DNA from: an uncultured Micavibrio sp.
GTDB taxonomy: Bacteria > Pseudomonadota > Alphaproteobacteria > Micavibrionales > Micavibrionaceae
Length of the DNA: 64,000 bases
Assembly (NCBI GenBank): GCA_964539025.1
Contig: CAZIFA010000009.1
Location: forward strand, 14,554 to 78,553
Direction: 5' to 3'
Both the position numbers and the translations under genes were made by a program. Positions 28,219-37,027 of this stretch are shown one piece after another; positions within the stretch are counted from its first letter, which is position 1, and every line of letters begins with the position of its first letter. The notes under the pieces were generated by a model that was given only the letters and a program-made list of their open reading frames with translations, made no database searches and was not told the origin of the DNA.

Positions 28219-28299
28219 GTCATTCCGAACCCTTTACGGGTGAGGAATCTTTGACGGAACCGGACAGGCCAAAGATCCCTCACATACGTTCGGAATGAC
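28219..28299. repeat. Palindromic element family B, copy 1 (81 bp)
   Basis: GTCATTCCGAAC...GAGGAATCTTTG...GGCCAAAGATCCCTC...GTTCGGAATGAC. Related to the copy at 39300. Confidence 0.8.
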
Positions 28300-28318
28300 G
28301 GGATAGCCATCCTGCGAA

Positions 28319-29206
28319 TTAATGATACTGCCGCATCGTTCCCGGCTGAGCGGCGCCCCGTTTTACACGTGCGTCCCTCTCCGCCTTTTTCAGCATTTCC
28401 ATTGCCTTAAGCGAATCCAAAAATCCATCGCATACACCTAGGCTATGGCGACAATCCTTCAAATTCGATTCAATGGTTGCAAAGTTCGTTCTAATGAATC
28501 CCGGTGCGAATTCAGGGTTGGGCGTTTCGATGAAATAGGCGAAACCCAGATCAGCGTCGATTGCGTTCATACGCAGGGCGGCACATCTGTTGAATGCATC
28601 CGCACCGCGCAAAGACGCTTCACGGTTGATCTCGTTGTAGATGGCGCGATCCATATCAACAACAATATGCGGCGTTACATTTTCACAAAACACGGAATGG
28701 CCGGAATGAACGGGCGTACCTATAGACATTCCCAGATCAGTCGATCGTTGTTTTATGTACGACAATTTCTTATCCAGACGGTCATGCTCCGCTTTCGTCA
28801 TCTCTGCCCCTTCCTTACAATCCGCAGCCGTATCCAAATATTCCTGTCTTTGTGCGTCATCGGCAAAGCCAAACCGTTTATAATGGTTTGCTATCGTGTC
28901 TGTGAAAGCTTGTTCCAACCGCATAACGACCTTTAAAATATCCCGGGCATCGGTCATGGCGGCAAACACCATTCTTGCATTATTCGTTCTGTAGGTTTGA
29001 TAAGCTTTCAGCAACGTGTTGTAAGGGATCGATGATTTTCGTGCGGAAGGGCAATCATAGATTTGGGCACATGCGTTCGCGTTCACCTGATCAACCACAG
29101 AAGGAGTGTGAAAATGGTGTTTGATCGACCCGATCATACCTGACTGCAGTTTCGCCCTTGATTTCAGGACTTCATTTATTTTAACCCGTGCATCTAAATC
29201 CAACAT
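28319..29206 (-). CDS. hypothetical protein (ORFan)
   Basis: 295 aa. It starts 18 nt after the prfA stop, so it is probably co-transcribed with prfA. No domain recognised. Confidence 0.55.
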   Translation of the reverse strand: MLDLDARVKINEVLKSRAKLQSGMIGSIKHHFHTPSVVDQVNANACAQIYDCPSARKSSIPYNTLLKAYQTYRTNNARMVFAAMTDARDILKVVMRLEQAFTDTIANHYKRFGFADDAQRQEYLDTAADCKEGAEMTKAEHDRLDKKLSYIKQRSTDLGMSIGTPVHSGHSVFCENVTPHIVVDMDRAIYNEINREASLRGADAFNRCAALRMNAIDADLGFAYFIETPNPEFAPGFIRTNFATIESNLKDCRHSLGVCDGFLDSLKAMEMLKKAERDARVKRGAAQPGTMRQYH

Positions 29207-29224
29207 AGCAAACTCTTTTCATTG

Positions 29225-30289
29225 TTAAACTTCCAGATTGGCCAATTGTTCCGCCTGCGCCTGGGTGATCAGCGCGTCGATGACTTCGCCGAGGCCCGAT
29301 CCGTTCATGATCTGATCGAGGCTATAGAGCGTTAGATTGATCCGGTGATCGGTTAAACGGCTTTGCGGAAAATTGTAAGTGCGGATACGTTCCGAACGAT
29401 CGCCCGAACCGATCTGGCCTTTGCGATCCGCCGCACGCGCGGAATCTATTTTCTGGCGTTCCATATCATAAAGGCGTGTTTTCAAAAGGCTCATGGCCCG
29501 CGCCTTGTTCTTGTGCTGGGATTTTTCTTCTTGGATGGCGACCGCAAGCCCGGTCGGAATGTGCGTGATGCGCACGGCGGAATCGGTGGTGTTGACAGAC
29601 TGACCGCCGGAACCTTGGCTGCGGTACACGTCGATGCGCAAGTCACTCTCATTGATCACGATATCGACGTCTTCGGCTTCAGGAAGCACGGCGACGGTGG
29701 CGGCGGAGGTGTGGATGCGCCCTTGTGTTTCGGTTTTGGGGACGCGTTGCACGCGGTGGCCGCCGGATTCATATTTCAGTTTGGCGAAGACGTTGCTGCC
29801 CGAAATATTCGCGATGATTTCTTTATACCCGCCAAGATCGGATGACGACATTTCGATGATTTCTACGCGCCAGCCCTGAATCGACGCGTAGTTTTTATAC
29901 ATGGTGAACAGGTCGGCAGCGAACAAAGCGGCTTCGTCCCCGCCCGTTCCGGCGCGGATTTCTATCACGGCGTTTTTAACGTCGGCGGAATCTTTGGGCA
30001 GAAGCGAGATTTTTATTTTTTCTTCAAGCGCGGGGATTTTTTCCTTCAGTTCATTCAATTCGGCCTGCGCCATTTCGCCCATGTCGGGATCATCGAGCAT
30101 TTCAAGCGCGCCCGCTTTGTCATCCATCGCTCTTTTATATTCGAGATAGAGTTCGACGACGGGTTGCAGTTCGGCATATTCCTTGGACAGCTTGACGAAG
30201 GCGTCGCCCGATAAGCCGCCCGCCGACATCTTGTCGCTCACGTCTTTATGCCGCGCCGCTATAGGCGCCAGTTTTGCGAGGTAATCCAT
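29225..30289 (-). CDS. prfA: peptide chain release factor 1
   Basis: 354 aa. GGQ motif ('[24 protein letters not shown]'), '[15 protein letters not shown]', and the PxT-type RF1 layout. Confidence 0.95.
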   Translation of the reverse strand: MDYLAKLAPIAARHKDVSDKMSAGGLSGDAFVKLSKEYAELQPVVELYLEYKRAMDDKAGALEMLDDPDMGEMAQAELNELKEKIPALEEKIKISLLPKDSADVKNAVIEIRAGTGGDEAALFAADLFTMYKNYASIQGWRVEIIEMSSSDLGGYKEIIANISGSNVFAKLKYESGGHRVQRVPKTETQGRIHTSAATVAVLPEAEDVDIVINESDLRIDVYRSQGSGGQSVNTTDSAVRITHIPTGLAVAIQEEKSQHKNKARAMSLLKTRLYDMERQKIDSARAADRKGQIGSGDRSERIRTYNFPQSRLTDHRINLTLYSLDQIMNGSGLGEVIDALITQAQAEQLANLEV

Positions 30290-30341
30290 GGGCTTTTTAA
30301 TAAGCGGTATTGCGTTGTTTTGACAAGCCTATTCGCTTTTA

Positions 30342-30370
30342 TTGACATAACGTTATGTGAATGTTATGGA
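30342..30370 (+). promoter_or_regulatory. Sigma70-like promoter with TTGACATAA box and embedded palindrome
   Basis: TTGACATAA at 30342-30350, a 17-nt spacer, then TATGGA at 30365-30370. ACATAACGTTATGT (30345-30358) is a perfect 14-bp palindrome. Confidence 0.45.
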
Positions 30371-30401
30371 AGGGGCGGTTTATTAAGCTCTGGGCATTTT
30401 T

Positions 30402-31298
30402 ATGGGTACATTTGCGCTGAAAAAAACGTTCGGTCCCGCCGCGATTCCACGGGATGTCAGCACGCCAGAAAACGCCCGCATCGTGCGTGAGATTTTTTCC
30501 CTAATGACCAATAGATTTACCCCTTTTAATTTAGAAGGCACGAGCTTCGTATTTAAAGAACATCTAGGCGCAGATGCAGCCAACGGTACAACCGGTTTCT
30601 TTCGGCATAGCGCCGTGATGCACCCTCTTATAAATTCGCTGCATGTCGCAGCACGTGGCCGCACTGCCCCTATTCGTATTCTTGCAGCCCCTTCATCCGT
30701 CGGCTGCGAGGCATATACGCTCTCTGCAGTGGCCTGTGCATCCGGAATCTCACAAATGCGTGATTTCAGAATCGATTCATTTGATCGATCTGAAACCTTT
30801 ACCGCGCTGGCAAGGCTTGGCGCATATCCACGCGAATTGTCTGAACATCTCTTCAGAAAGAAAAATGGCGCGCTTTTCTCGTCCACAGAAAACGAAATTG
30901 TTTACGTGCGAAACGATGTCAAAAGTAATGTACGCTTTCTTGACCCTCAGGGCATCGAAAATTTTGTTCCGCAAGAACGTTATAATGCCATCATGCTTAA
31001 TAACCTGTTCATGTACCTCAACGAAGAGCAGCAAGATAAAGTTATCGACTTTATCAAAGACAGCGAAGCAGATATTGTAATCATGACCAGCGATGATAAC
31101 GCACCGGTAACGATTCCGCGCTCGCTTCCCTATGTTCCGCTTAAAAACCATCCGGATTGGCAAGACAGCAGCCTCGCCCGTGCTGACCTGATGAGCTATT
31201 ATATCTGGGCGCGGAGCCAACCCGGTGCTAATTATGCGCCGACAGTCTGGCCGTCCAGTTATTATCATAGAAGTTGCAAGCCGCGAGTTCGCCCGTGA
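30402..31298 (+). CDS. CheR-like SAM-dependent methyltransferase (orphan)
   Basis: 'FFRHSAVMHPLI', 'IRILAAPSSVGCEAYTLS' and 'FRIDSFDRSETFTALARLGAYP' parallel the CheR motifs FFRD / RIWSAGCSTGEEPYS / ATDIS..A..G.Y. There are no chemotaxis genes nearby. Confidence 0.6.
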   Translation: MGTFALKKTFGPAAIPRDVSTPENARIVREIFSLMTNRFTPFNLEGTSFVFKEHLGADAANGTTGFFRHSAVMHPLINSLHVAARGRTAPIRILAAPSSVGCEAYTLSAVACASGISQMRDFRIDSFDRSETFTALARLGAYPRELSEHLFRKKNGALFSSTENEIVYVRNDVKSNVRFLDPQGIENFVPQERYNAIMLNNLFMYLNEEQQDKVIDFIKDSEADIVIMTSDDNAPVTIPRSLPYVPLKNHPDWQDSSLARADLMSYYIWARSQPGANYAPTVWPSSYYHRSCKPRVRP

Positions 31299-31920
31299 GC
31301 GGCACTTTGAGCGTTTCGGCATAGTTGTTTAAAGGTTTGCACCATATGCTTTGGGCTAGATCAGGAATATCGCGAAAATCTTCACGGGCGTTATCGCTAT
31401 ACTTGATGTAATCCTGCACGATTTGCGCCTGTTGTTCGAGCCCATATTGTTCGAACGGTCTGCCCAGTGAATAAGAATAGAGGCCATCATTATTGAAGGC
31501 GTAGTTCAAAATATTCTGCGCGCCGAGCGCATGGACGTTCGTTCCATGCTGGAATTGTTTTGCATGCATCAGTTCATGCATGATAAAGCCGCGATAGTAA
31601 CGCCCGGGCTGAACCGCGTAATCAGATTTCCATGTCCGGTCGGAGTAAACGTAAATATTCCCGTCCGGCGTCATGGTGTGCGTGAACAAGCGCATAGGCG
31701 AATACGGGCGGTAAATAATGCGCACCCTGTCATAATCGATCGTGTCCGCAAAAACCGTTTTCGCCAGCGCGATTTCGTTGGCGGTGAGTTTGCGGCAGGT
31801 AATTTCAGCGGCGCATAAAGAATCGTTCGGTATTTGGGAAAGCTGATCGGGCGGCAACGTGCTAGCACACGCAGTCTGAAAACACAGCACCAACCCCACA
31901 AGCCGTCTTTTATAAGACAT
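31228..31920 (-). CDS. secreted/lipoprotein zincin-like protein ('vgr-related protein' type)
   Basis: ATG 31920 (MSYKRRLVGLVLCFQTACAS). 'LTANEIALAKTVFADTIDYDRVRI' plus the 'IMHELMHAKQ' HExxH motif. Paralog of 31980..32681. Confidence 0.6.
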   Translation of the reverse strand: MSYKRRLVGLVLCFQTACASTLPPDQLSQIPNDSLCAAEITCRKLTANEIALAKTVFADTIDYDRVRIIYRPYSPMRLFTHTMTPDGNIYVYSDRTWKSDYAVQPGRYYRGFIMHELMHAKQFQHGTNVHALGAQNILNYAFNNDGLYSYSLGRPFEQYGLEQQAQIVQDYIKYSDNAREDFRDIPDLAQSIWCKPLNNYAETLKVPLTGELAACNFYDNNWTARLSAHN

Positions 31921-31966
31921 GGCGATATATCCCTTGATCAGGATATAGACAATCATGGGTATGGGT

Positions 31967-31975
31967 TTATGTCAA
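31967..31975 (-). promoter_or_regulatory. TTGACATAA box (minus strand)
   Basis: Exact 9-mer on the minus strand, 47 nt upstream of ATG 31920. The -10 is not convincing. Confidence 0.3.
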
Positions 31976-31979
31976 CGCG

Positions 31980-32681
31980 CTATTGAGGGGCCAGCGCTTC
32001 AGGTCTGGTACAAAATGCAAGATCGCCCGCGAGCGAAATATTTAAAATTTGGGCGTACTTGCGCACGCTGAAACACCAGAGATTCTTTTGATCCTCATTT
32101 TTATCATTTGCAACCTCGCGCGCATTATCGGCGTACCAGATAAATTTTTGTACGATCTGCGCCTGTTGCTCAACGCCTTGCTCCTCAAACGGTGTAATAG
32201 TTGAAGGTTCATACGAACTTTTGCGATCAACCAAGCGCGTGACAAAAGTTTGAACAGGATTGTCATTCCTAGATTTTACAATGCCCTGCTTTTGAGCCTT
32301 ATGGGTAAGTTCATGCATAATCATTGGCCGCGCACGGCCATCGAATTTAATGGCGTAGTCGGCCTCCCAGCTTTTCATGGAGTGTATATAAATATTTCCA
32401 TCCGCCGGAACGGAAGCATCTGAAAACATAGCGTGGATTGAATACGGGCTGTAAATAACGCGGACCTCATCGTAGTTGACGGGGCCTTTAAATTTATCGG
32501 ATTTTTCAAAGACGCTTTTCGCCAAGGCAATTTCATTGTCGGTGAGCTTGCGGCAATAGGTTTCGCCAGCGCAGCGAGGGTCGTCCGGTTTTGATGGCGG
32601 AGCTTGATCAGGCGCAAAACTGGCGCACGCGCCCGCCTGAAAGCAAACTGCCAAACCCGCCAAAATTCTTTTATAAGACAT
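31980..32681 (-). CDS. secreted/lipoprotein zincin-like protein, paralog
   Basis: 'MSYKRILAGLAVCFQAGACAS', 'LTDNEIALAKSVFEKS...YDEVRVIY', 'IMHELTHKAQ', and a shared C-terminal 'EQQAQIVQ.(F/Y)I.Y(A/S)DNARE' block. Confidence 0.6.
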   Translation of the reverse strand: MSYKRILAGLAVCFQAGACASFAPDQAPPSKPDDPRCAGETYCRKLTDNEIALAKSVFEKSDKFKGPVNYDEVRVIYSPYSIHAMFSDASVPADGNIYIHSMKSWEADYAIKFDGRARPMIMHELTHKAQKQGIVKSRNDNPVQTFVTRLVDRKSSYEPSTITPFEEQGVEQQAQIVQKFIWYADNAREVANDKNEDQKNLWCFSVRKYAQILNISLAGDLAFCTRPEALAPQ

Positions 32682-32707
32682 AGTGTTATACCCGCTTTAA
32701 GGGGTAT

Positions 32708-32736
32708 ACATAATCATAATGTGTATATTATGTCAA
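32708..32736 (-). promoter_or_regulatory. Sigma70-like promoter with TTGACATAA box
   Basis: Minus strand reads TTGACATAA, a 17-nt spacer, then TTATGT. It lies 27 nt upstream of ATG 32681. Confidence 0.4.
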
Positions 32737-32782
32737 TATTAATCATGATTTCTAACCCCTTAGAAATCGTGGGATTTAGGCC

Positions 32783-32842
32783 GCCATTCCCCGACTTGTT
32801 CGGGGAATCCAGACTGGATACTCCGCCTTCGCGGAGTATGAC
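32783..32842. repeat. Palindromic element family C, copy 1
   Basis: GCCATTCCCCGACTTGTTCGGGGAATCCAGACTGGATACTCCGCCTTCGCGGAGTATGAC. About 85% identical to the copy at 38238. Confidence 0.8.
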
Positions 32843-32936
32843 AGGCGTAGGGTCGGGAGATGAAATTGATGAAGACCTTGCCTTATGCGAAAGGAATATT
32901 TGACCACAATGTACTTTTCGCGCTACGAGAATTCTT

Positions 32937-33287
32937 ATGACCGAAGAAAAATTGTCCGGACAAAACCCCAGATTCAAACGCATTGTCGTCACGTTCGCGA
33001 AGGCCGTGTCGCCCGCTGGTATGACCCCAGAACAGATGAGTTGGGACCACAAACTTATGGTCGAATTTATGAACCTCGTAAGTTATGGCGGCATGGCGCG
33101 CGAGAATGAGAAAGGCGAACCTGTAACATGGTCGGGCGAAGCGTATGATACGCCGGAAGAAATTCAGCAAAACCTGCAAACATGGTGGCAGCAATATGCG
33201 CCGGGTTGTGTTGTGCATTATCACGGCATCGTACCGCTTTCACATTGCAACGATTCAGCGCATAAATATACAATCGATCCGGCGTAA
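32937..33287 (+). CDS. hypothetical protein (116 aa)
   Basis: ATG-started ORF followed by a clean terminator. No domain recognised. Confidence 0.45.
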   Translation: MTEEKLSGQNPRFKRIVVTFAKAVSPAGMTPEQMSWDHKLMVEFMNLVSYGGMARENEKGEPVTWSGEAYDTPEEIQQNLQTWWQQYAPGCVVHYHGIVPLSHCNDSAHKYTIDPA

Positions 33288-33310
33288 TTATTCCGCCGCG
33301 AGTTTTGAGA

Positions 33311-33335
33311 CCGCCCCATGTGGGCGGCTTTTTTT
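33311..33335 (+). terminator. Rho-independent terminator
   Basis: CCGCCC-CATGT-GGGCGG followed by CTTTTTTT. Confidence 0.65.
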
Positions 33336-33344
33336 GAGCATAAG

Positions 33345-33368
33345 AAAAAAGCCCGGCGTTTACCGGGC
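33345..33368 (-). terminator. Rho-independent terminator (minus strand)
   Basis: AAAAAA-GCCCGG-CGTTTA-CCGGGC on the plus strand, which is a hairpin plus T-run on the minus strand, downstream of the small ORF 33396..33521. Confidence 0.55.
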
Positions 33369-33395
33369 TCCGTCCTATCGTGAGGTTAAAAAAGC

Positions 33396-33521
33396 CTATT
33401 TCGCGGCTTCTTTTTTTGGATCAGCGTTTGGAGCATTCGCTGGGGGTCCGGATTTATTTTTGTCATCTGGCTTGGCATTTTCCGATGATGGATTCGGCTT
33501 TTGATTGGAATTGTTTTCCAT
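33396..33521 (-). CDS. possible 41-aa hydrophilic Lys/Pro/Asn-rich protein
   Basis: Not in the ORF track because it is under 60 aa. GGAGACC RBS 5 nt before the ATG. Translation MENNSNQKPNPSSENAKPDDKNKSGPPANAPNADPKKEAAK, and it has its own terminator. Confidence 0.3.
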   Translation of the reverse strand: MENNSNQKPNPSSENAKPDDKNKSGPPANAPNADPKKEAAK

Positions 33522-33660
33522 TTTTTGGTCTCCTTGTATTGCGGACAAAGAAATTCATCCGCCTGAGCAATGTAAGCCGATAGCTGACATTAGCAAGCGG
33601 TAGAATAAATTAAATGACTTGTGATAATTAATTATTGGTAATGCGAAAGTGTTGATTATT

Positions 33661-33771
33661 GTCATTGCGAGGAGGCAACGCCGACGAAGCAATCCAGCCT
33701 GCGGTGATAAGGTTATATTGTAAGATGGGTTGCCGCGTCCCCCGGATCAAGTCCGGGTTCCTCGCAATGAC
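33661..33771. repeat. Palindromic element family D, full copy (111 bp)
   Basis: 13-bp terminal inverted repeat GTCATTGCGAGGA / TCCTCGCAATGAC. It ends 8 nt before the ispG stop. Confidence 0.8.
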
Positions 33772-33778
33772 GGGATGA

Positions 33779-34918
33779 TTATTCGGCAGCTTCCGAGATT
33801 TTTAAAGATTGAATCGCTGCGGCTTTTTCTTCGATCATTTGTACGATGTGATCGACGATGGATTTATCGCCATCGTTAAAGCGATGCGCCTTTTCACCGC
33901 CGATATAGATTTGGTGGTTCCCCTGCCCGCCGCCGGTCAGGCCTATATCGGTCATCAACGCCTCGCCGGGTCCATTTACAACGCAGCCGATAATCGAAAC
34001 CGTCATCGGCGTCGTGATATGCGCGATACGCGCCTCTAATTCCGCAACCGTGTCGATCACCTTGAATTGCTGGCGCGCGCAAGACGGGCACGCGATGACG
34101 TTGACGCCGCGGTGGCGAAGCCCGAGCGATTTGAGCATATCGAACCCGACTTTCACTTCTTCCACCGGATCGGCAGACAAGGACACACGAATGGTGTCAC
34201 CTATCCCCGCCCACAATAAATTTCCCATGCCGATGGAAGATTTGATCGTGCCGGAACGAAGCCCGCCAGCCTCTGTAATCCCCAAATGCAGCGGGTAATC
34301 GCATATATCGGCAAGTTGTTGATACGCCGCGACGGCCATGAACACATCGGACGCCTTGCAGGAAATTTTAAAATTGAAGAAATCGTGGTCTTCGAGAATT
34401 TTAATGTGGCGCCTAGCGGATTCCACCATCGCGTCGGGGCATGGTTCGCCAAATTGTTCCAGAAGATCGCGCTCCAACGATCCCGCATTCACGCCGATGC
34501 GGATGGAACAATTATTATCTTTCGCGGCCTTGATGACTTCTTTGACTTTTTCGGCGGAACCGATATTGCCGGGATTGATGCGCAAGCAGGCTGCGCCGTT
34601 CTGCGCCGCCTCTATCCCGCGTTTGTAATGAAAATGGATGTCGGCGACGATCGGTACGGTGACTTCGGGAATGATTTGTTTCAGCGCCGCGGTGGATTCT
34701 TCATCGGGGCAGGAAATGCGCACGATATCCGCGCCCGCGACCTCAAGCGCGCGCACTTGCGCGATGGTAGCCGCGACATCATGCGTTAACGTGTTCGTCA
34801 TCGATTGCACGGTGATGGGCGCATCACCGCCGACCGGGACGTTGCCGACCCAGATTTTGCGGCTCTTGCGCCGTTCGATTTTCCGCCACGGGCGTATGGA
34901 ATTATGGTCCGCGCTCAT
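33779..34918 (-). CDS. ispG: 4-hydroxy-3-methylbut-2-en-1-yl diphosphate synthase
   Basis: 379 aa. '[11 protein letters not shown]', 'CPSCARQ' and '[10 protein letters not shown]' are IspG/GcpE Fe-S motifs. Confidence 0.95.
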   Translation of the reverse strand: MSADHNSIRPWRKIERRKSRKIWVGNVPVGGDAPITVQSMTNTLTHDVAATIAQVRALEVAGADIVRISCPDEESTAALKQIIPEVTVPIVADIHFHYKRGIEAAQNGAACLRINPGNIGSAEKVKEVIKAAKDNNCSIRIGVNAGSLERDLLEQFGEPCPDAMVESARRHIKILEDHDFFNFKISCKASDVFMAVAAYQQLADICDYPLHLGITEAGGLRSGTIKSSIGMGNLLWAGIGDTIRVSLSADPVEEVKVGFDMLKSLGLRHRGVNVIACPSCARQQFKVIDTVAELEARIAHITTPMTVSIIGCVVNGPGEALMTDIGLTGGGQGNHQIYIGGEKAHRFNDGDKSIVDHIVQMIEEKAAAIQSLKISEAAE

Positions 34919-34989
34919 GGGGGTTATGTAGCAAAAAACCTGTGAAAATCCAAGGATTTGGATAAGTCGGGCGGCACGCCGCTCGACTA

Positions 34990-35018
34990 TTGACGTAACC
35001 CCATGCTCTTGTTACGGT
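34990..35018 (+). promoter_or_regulatory. Sigma70-like promoter (TTGACGTAA variant)
   Basis: TTGACGTAA at 34990-34998, a 17-nt spacer, then TACGGT at 35013-35018. It lies 30 nt upstream of ATG 35048. Confidence 0.35.
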
Positions 35019-35047
35019 TTTTTTCAGTTTAGTTGGTGAGTTCCGTT

Positions 35048-35608
35048 ATGAAGCACAATTTTGAAACGATGGCCACGCCGCCCAAAACGGCCCAATTGCT
35101 GTATTTCAAGCAGCCCCTTCCCAAAACCGGGCCGTTCAGATTTGCCACCGCACGTTTTCAAACCCCGCAAGAATGGGCTAGGCACGCCAAAAATGTTATC
35201 CGAGCGTACAATCTGGATTACAGTTCCTTTGAAAAGACAGACACCGGATATGAGATCGTGTTCACCGATGAAAAACATTACGTGATCTTCGATTTTGCCG
35301 CGACGGGCGAGCGGATAGCAAATTTTACCTGTAAAGCACCTTTGAAGGATCCGTCCTTAGGGCCGTATCTGGGCAACGCAGGCGAGATGCATTGCCTGGA
35401 AAAAGGACTTACGGTCGAGATCGCCGAGGAAGATGATCAGGTTGCGTTCACGTTCGATCGTAAAAGCAGCTATACATCCTTCGTGCTTGCCTATGACAAA
35501 ATTTATGACATGGCGTTGCAGCAATATAGCATGGCGATGATGCGTCGGCCAGAGCCGAGATCCCTACCCGCCCCATTGCCACGTGTGCCGGGCGCAGAAA
35601 TTAATTGA
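35048..35608 (+). CDS. ORFan paralog family X, member 1
   Basis: Shares 'F.T..EW..HA.N.I' and 'GY.(I/F)VF......(V/M)(I/V)FD(F/V)..TG(E/D).I' with 35617..36057 and 36488..37027. Confidence 0.55.
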   Translation: MKHNFETMATPPKTAQLLYFKQPLPKTGPFRFATARFQTPQEWARHAKNVIRAYNLDYSSFEKTDTGYEIVFTDEKHYVIFDFAATGERIANFTCKAPLKDPSLGPYLGNAGEMHCLEKGLTVEIAEEDDQVAFTFDRKSSYTSFVLAYDKIYDMALQQYSMAMMRRPEPRSLPAPLPRVPGAEIN

Positions 35609-35616
35609 GAAAGAGT

Positions 35617-36057
35617 ATGACAGGAAAGACAATAAAATTTGATTTTGAAGTCATGGTAAAAGTGCCTGAACAACAATTCGAGTTCGCACGCCTTATGTCA
35701 GGTTCCGGCCCTTTTAGAATGATACCCCTGAATTTCAAAACACGCGAGGACTGGTTCATACATGCCATGAATATGATCGACGGCATGAATTTAGGTTGCG
35801 TCGGCACGAGCATTGAATCCGATCGTTATAAGTTTCAATTTAAAAGTCAAAAAGATATGCTAATATTCGATCTGGCTACAACCGGCGATGCACCCTATAC
35901 ACCGGAGATAATCGTAACCGAGGATTTCGACGACCCTCGTTTTGCCGAGATATGGGTCAGCACTGTCAAAAAATATTTTTGGATAAAGGCGCAAATGTCG
36001 GAATACAATTACATCGTAAATTCGACAGCGCACCGGATAAAGTCCAGGCACAACTGA
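35617..36057 (+). CDS. ORFan paralog family X, member 2
   Basis: 'FKTREDWFIHAMNMI' and 'RYKFQFKSQKDMLIFDLATTGD'. ATG 35617 follows a GAGAAAGAG RBS, 8 nt after the member 1 stop. Confidence 0.55.
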   Translation: MTGKTIKFDFEVMVKVPEQQFEFARLMSGSGPFRMIPLNFKTREDWFIHAMNMIDGMNLGCVGTSIESDRYKFQFKSQKDMLIFDLATTGDAPYTPEIIVTEDFDDPRFAEIWVSTVKKYFWIKAQMSEYNYIVNSTAHRIKSRHN

Positions 36058-36202
36058 CATTCGGAAGGAAACGCCTTCACGTTTCTTTTATTGTTGCCAG
36101 AGATGAAATCCGGTCGGAGGCATGGGATAGATATGCGACGCCGTTGCCTAAAAAAGAAATGCAGAAGACATTATAGACATAGTAACCTTAAAGGAGCGCG
36201 CG

Positions 36203-36457
36203 ATGAAATTTTCCTGGATCAAGAAGGCCACACCATCACAATTATTCGCCGGTATTTCCATGGGTACGTGTGTGTCGATGGCCCTCGCATCCATCCCGTT
36301 CAATCTCAGCGCAGACGCAACGCATTCAACCAGAACCCCTCGTCCTGCCGCGACTGAACCCGCCAAAGTCGGATACGAACCGCCGTATATAAGAAGCGAC
36401 GCGCTGTTCCACTGCCTTAGAAATGGCATCATAAGACACGACGTGCATTGCACCTAA
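36203..36457 (+). CDS. small secreted hypothetical protein (84 aa)
   Basis: Strong AAAGGAG RBS and signal peptide 'LFAGISMGTCVSMALASIPFNLSADA'. Confidence 0.5.
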   Translation: MKFSWIKKATPSQLFAGISMGTCVSMALASIPFNLSADATHSTRTPRPAATEPAKVGYEPPYIRSDALFHCLRNGIIRHDVHCT

Positions 36458-36487
36458 CCTTTGCCCCAAACTAATAAAGAGTTTGCT

Positions 36488-37027
36488 ATGGATAAATTTT
36501 TCCCTGATATGACATCGTTTCATGAGATGGCGAATCCTAAAACGATAGAGTACACTTTCGTAGTCCCATTGCCTGCAAATGGCCGTGTCCAGTTCGACAA
36601 GATGCAATTCGATTCCCGAGAAGATTGGTTTGACCACGCCATGACCACTATTTGCTCGATGAATCTCAATCACGCGCGCCATGAAGAAACAGAAAAAGGC
36701 TATAAATTCGTCTTCCACGGATATAGGGATTTCATGGTTTTCGATGTGCTAACGACCGGTGATAAAATAGGGACATACGCAAGCAGGTCAGGCCCTGTGG
36801 ATAGTGCGCTTGCTCCGTTCTATGAGCGCGCCATCAAAATGTTTTTTTGGGATAAGGGGATTTCCCCGGCAATAGAAGAAAAAGATGCGTTTTTTACCCT
36901 GACATTCGATCGTAAGAGCGAGTTGGTGACATTTCTGACGGGTGCGCAAACCATACACGAGATGGCGTTGGCCGCTCAAGAAAAAACCAGGCTCCCGACC
37001 CACCATGCGCCGAAAGCAGAAATCTAA
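36488..37027 (+). CDS. ORFan paralog family X, member 3
   Basis: 'FDSREDWFDHAMTTI', 'GYKFVFHGYRDFMVFDVLTTGDKI', and a C-terminal 'FTLTFDRKSELVTF' matching 'VAFTFDRKSSYTSF' of member 1. Confidence 0.55.
   Translation: MDKFFPDMTSFHEMANPKTIEYTFVVPLPANGRVQFDKMQFDSREDWFDHAMTTICSMNLNHARHEETEKGYKFVFHGYRDFMVFDVLTTGDKIGTYASRSGPVDSALAPFYERAIKMFFWDKGISPAIEEKDAFFTLTFDRKSELVTFLTGAQTIHEMALAAQEKTRLPTHHAPKAEI

Noticed and set aside
29225-30289. Programmed +1 frameshift of the kind known in release factor genes
   Set aside because: That mechanism belongs to prfB (RF2). This gene is prfA and is one uninterrupted ORF.
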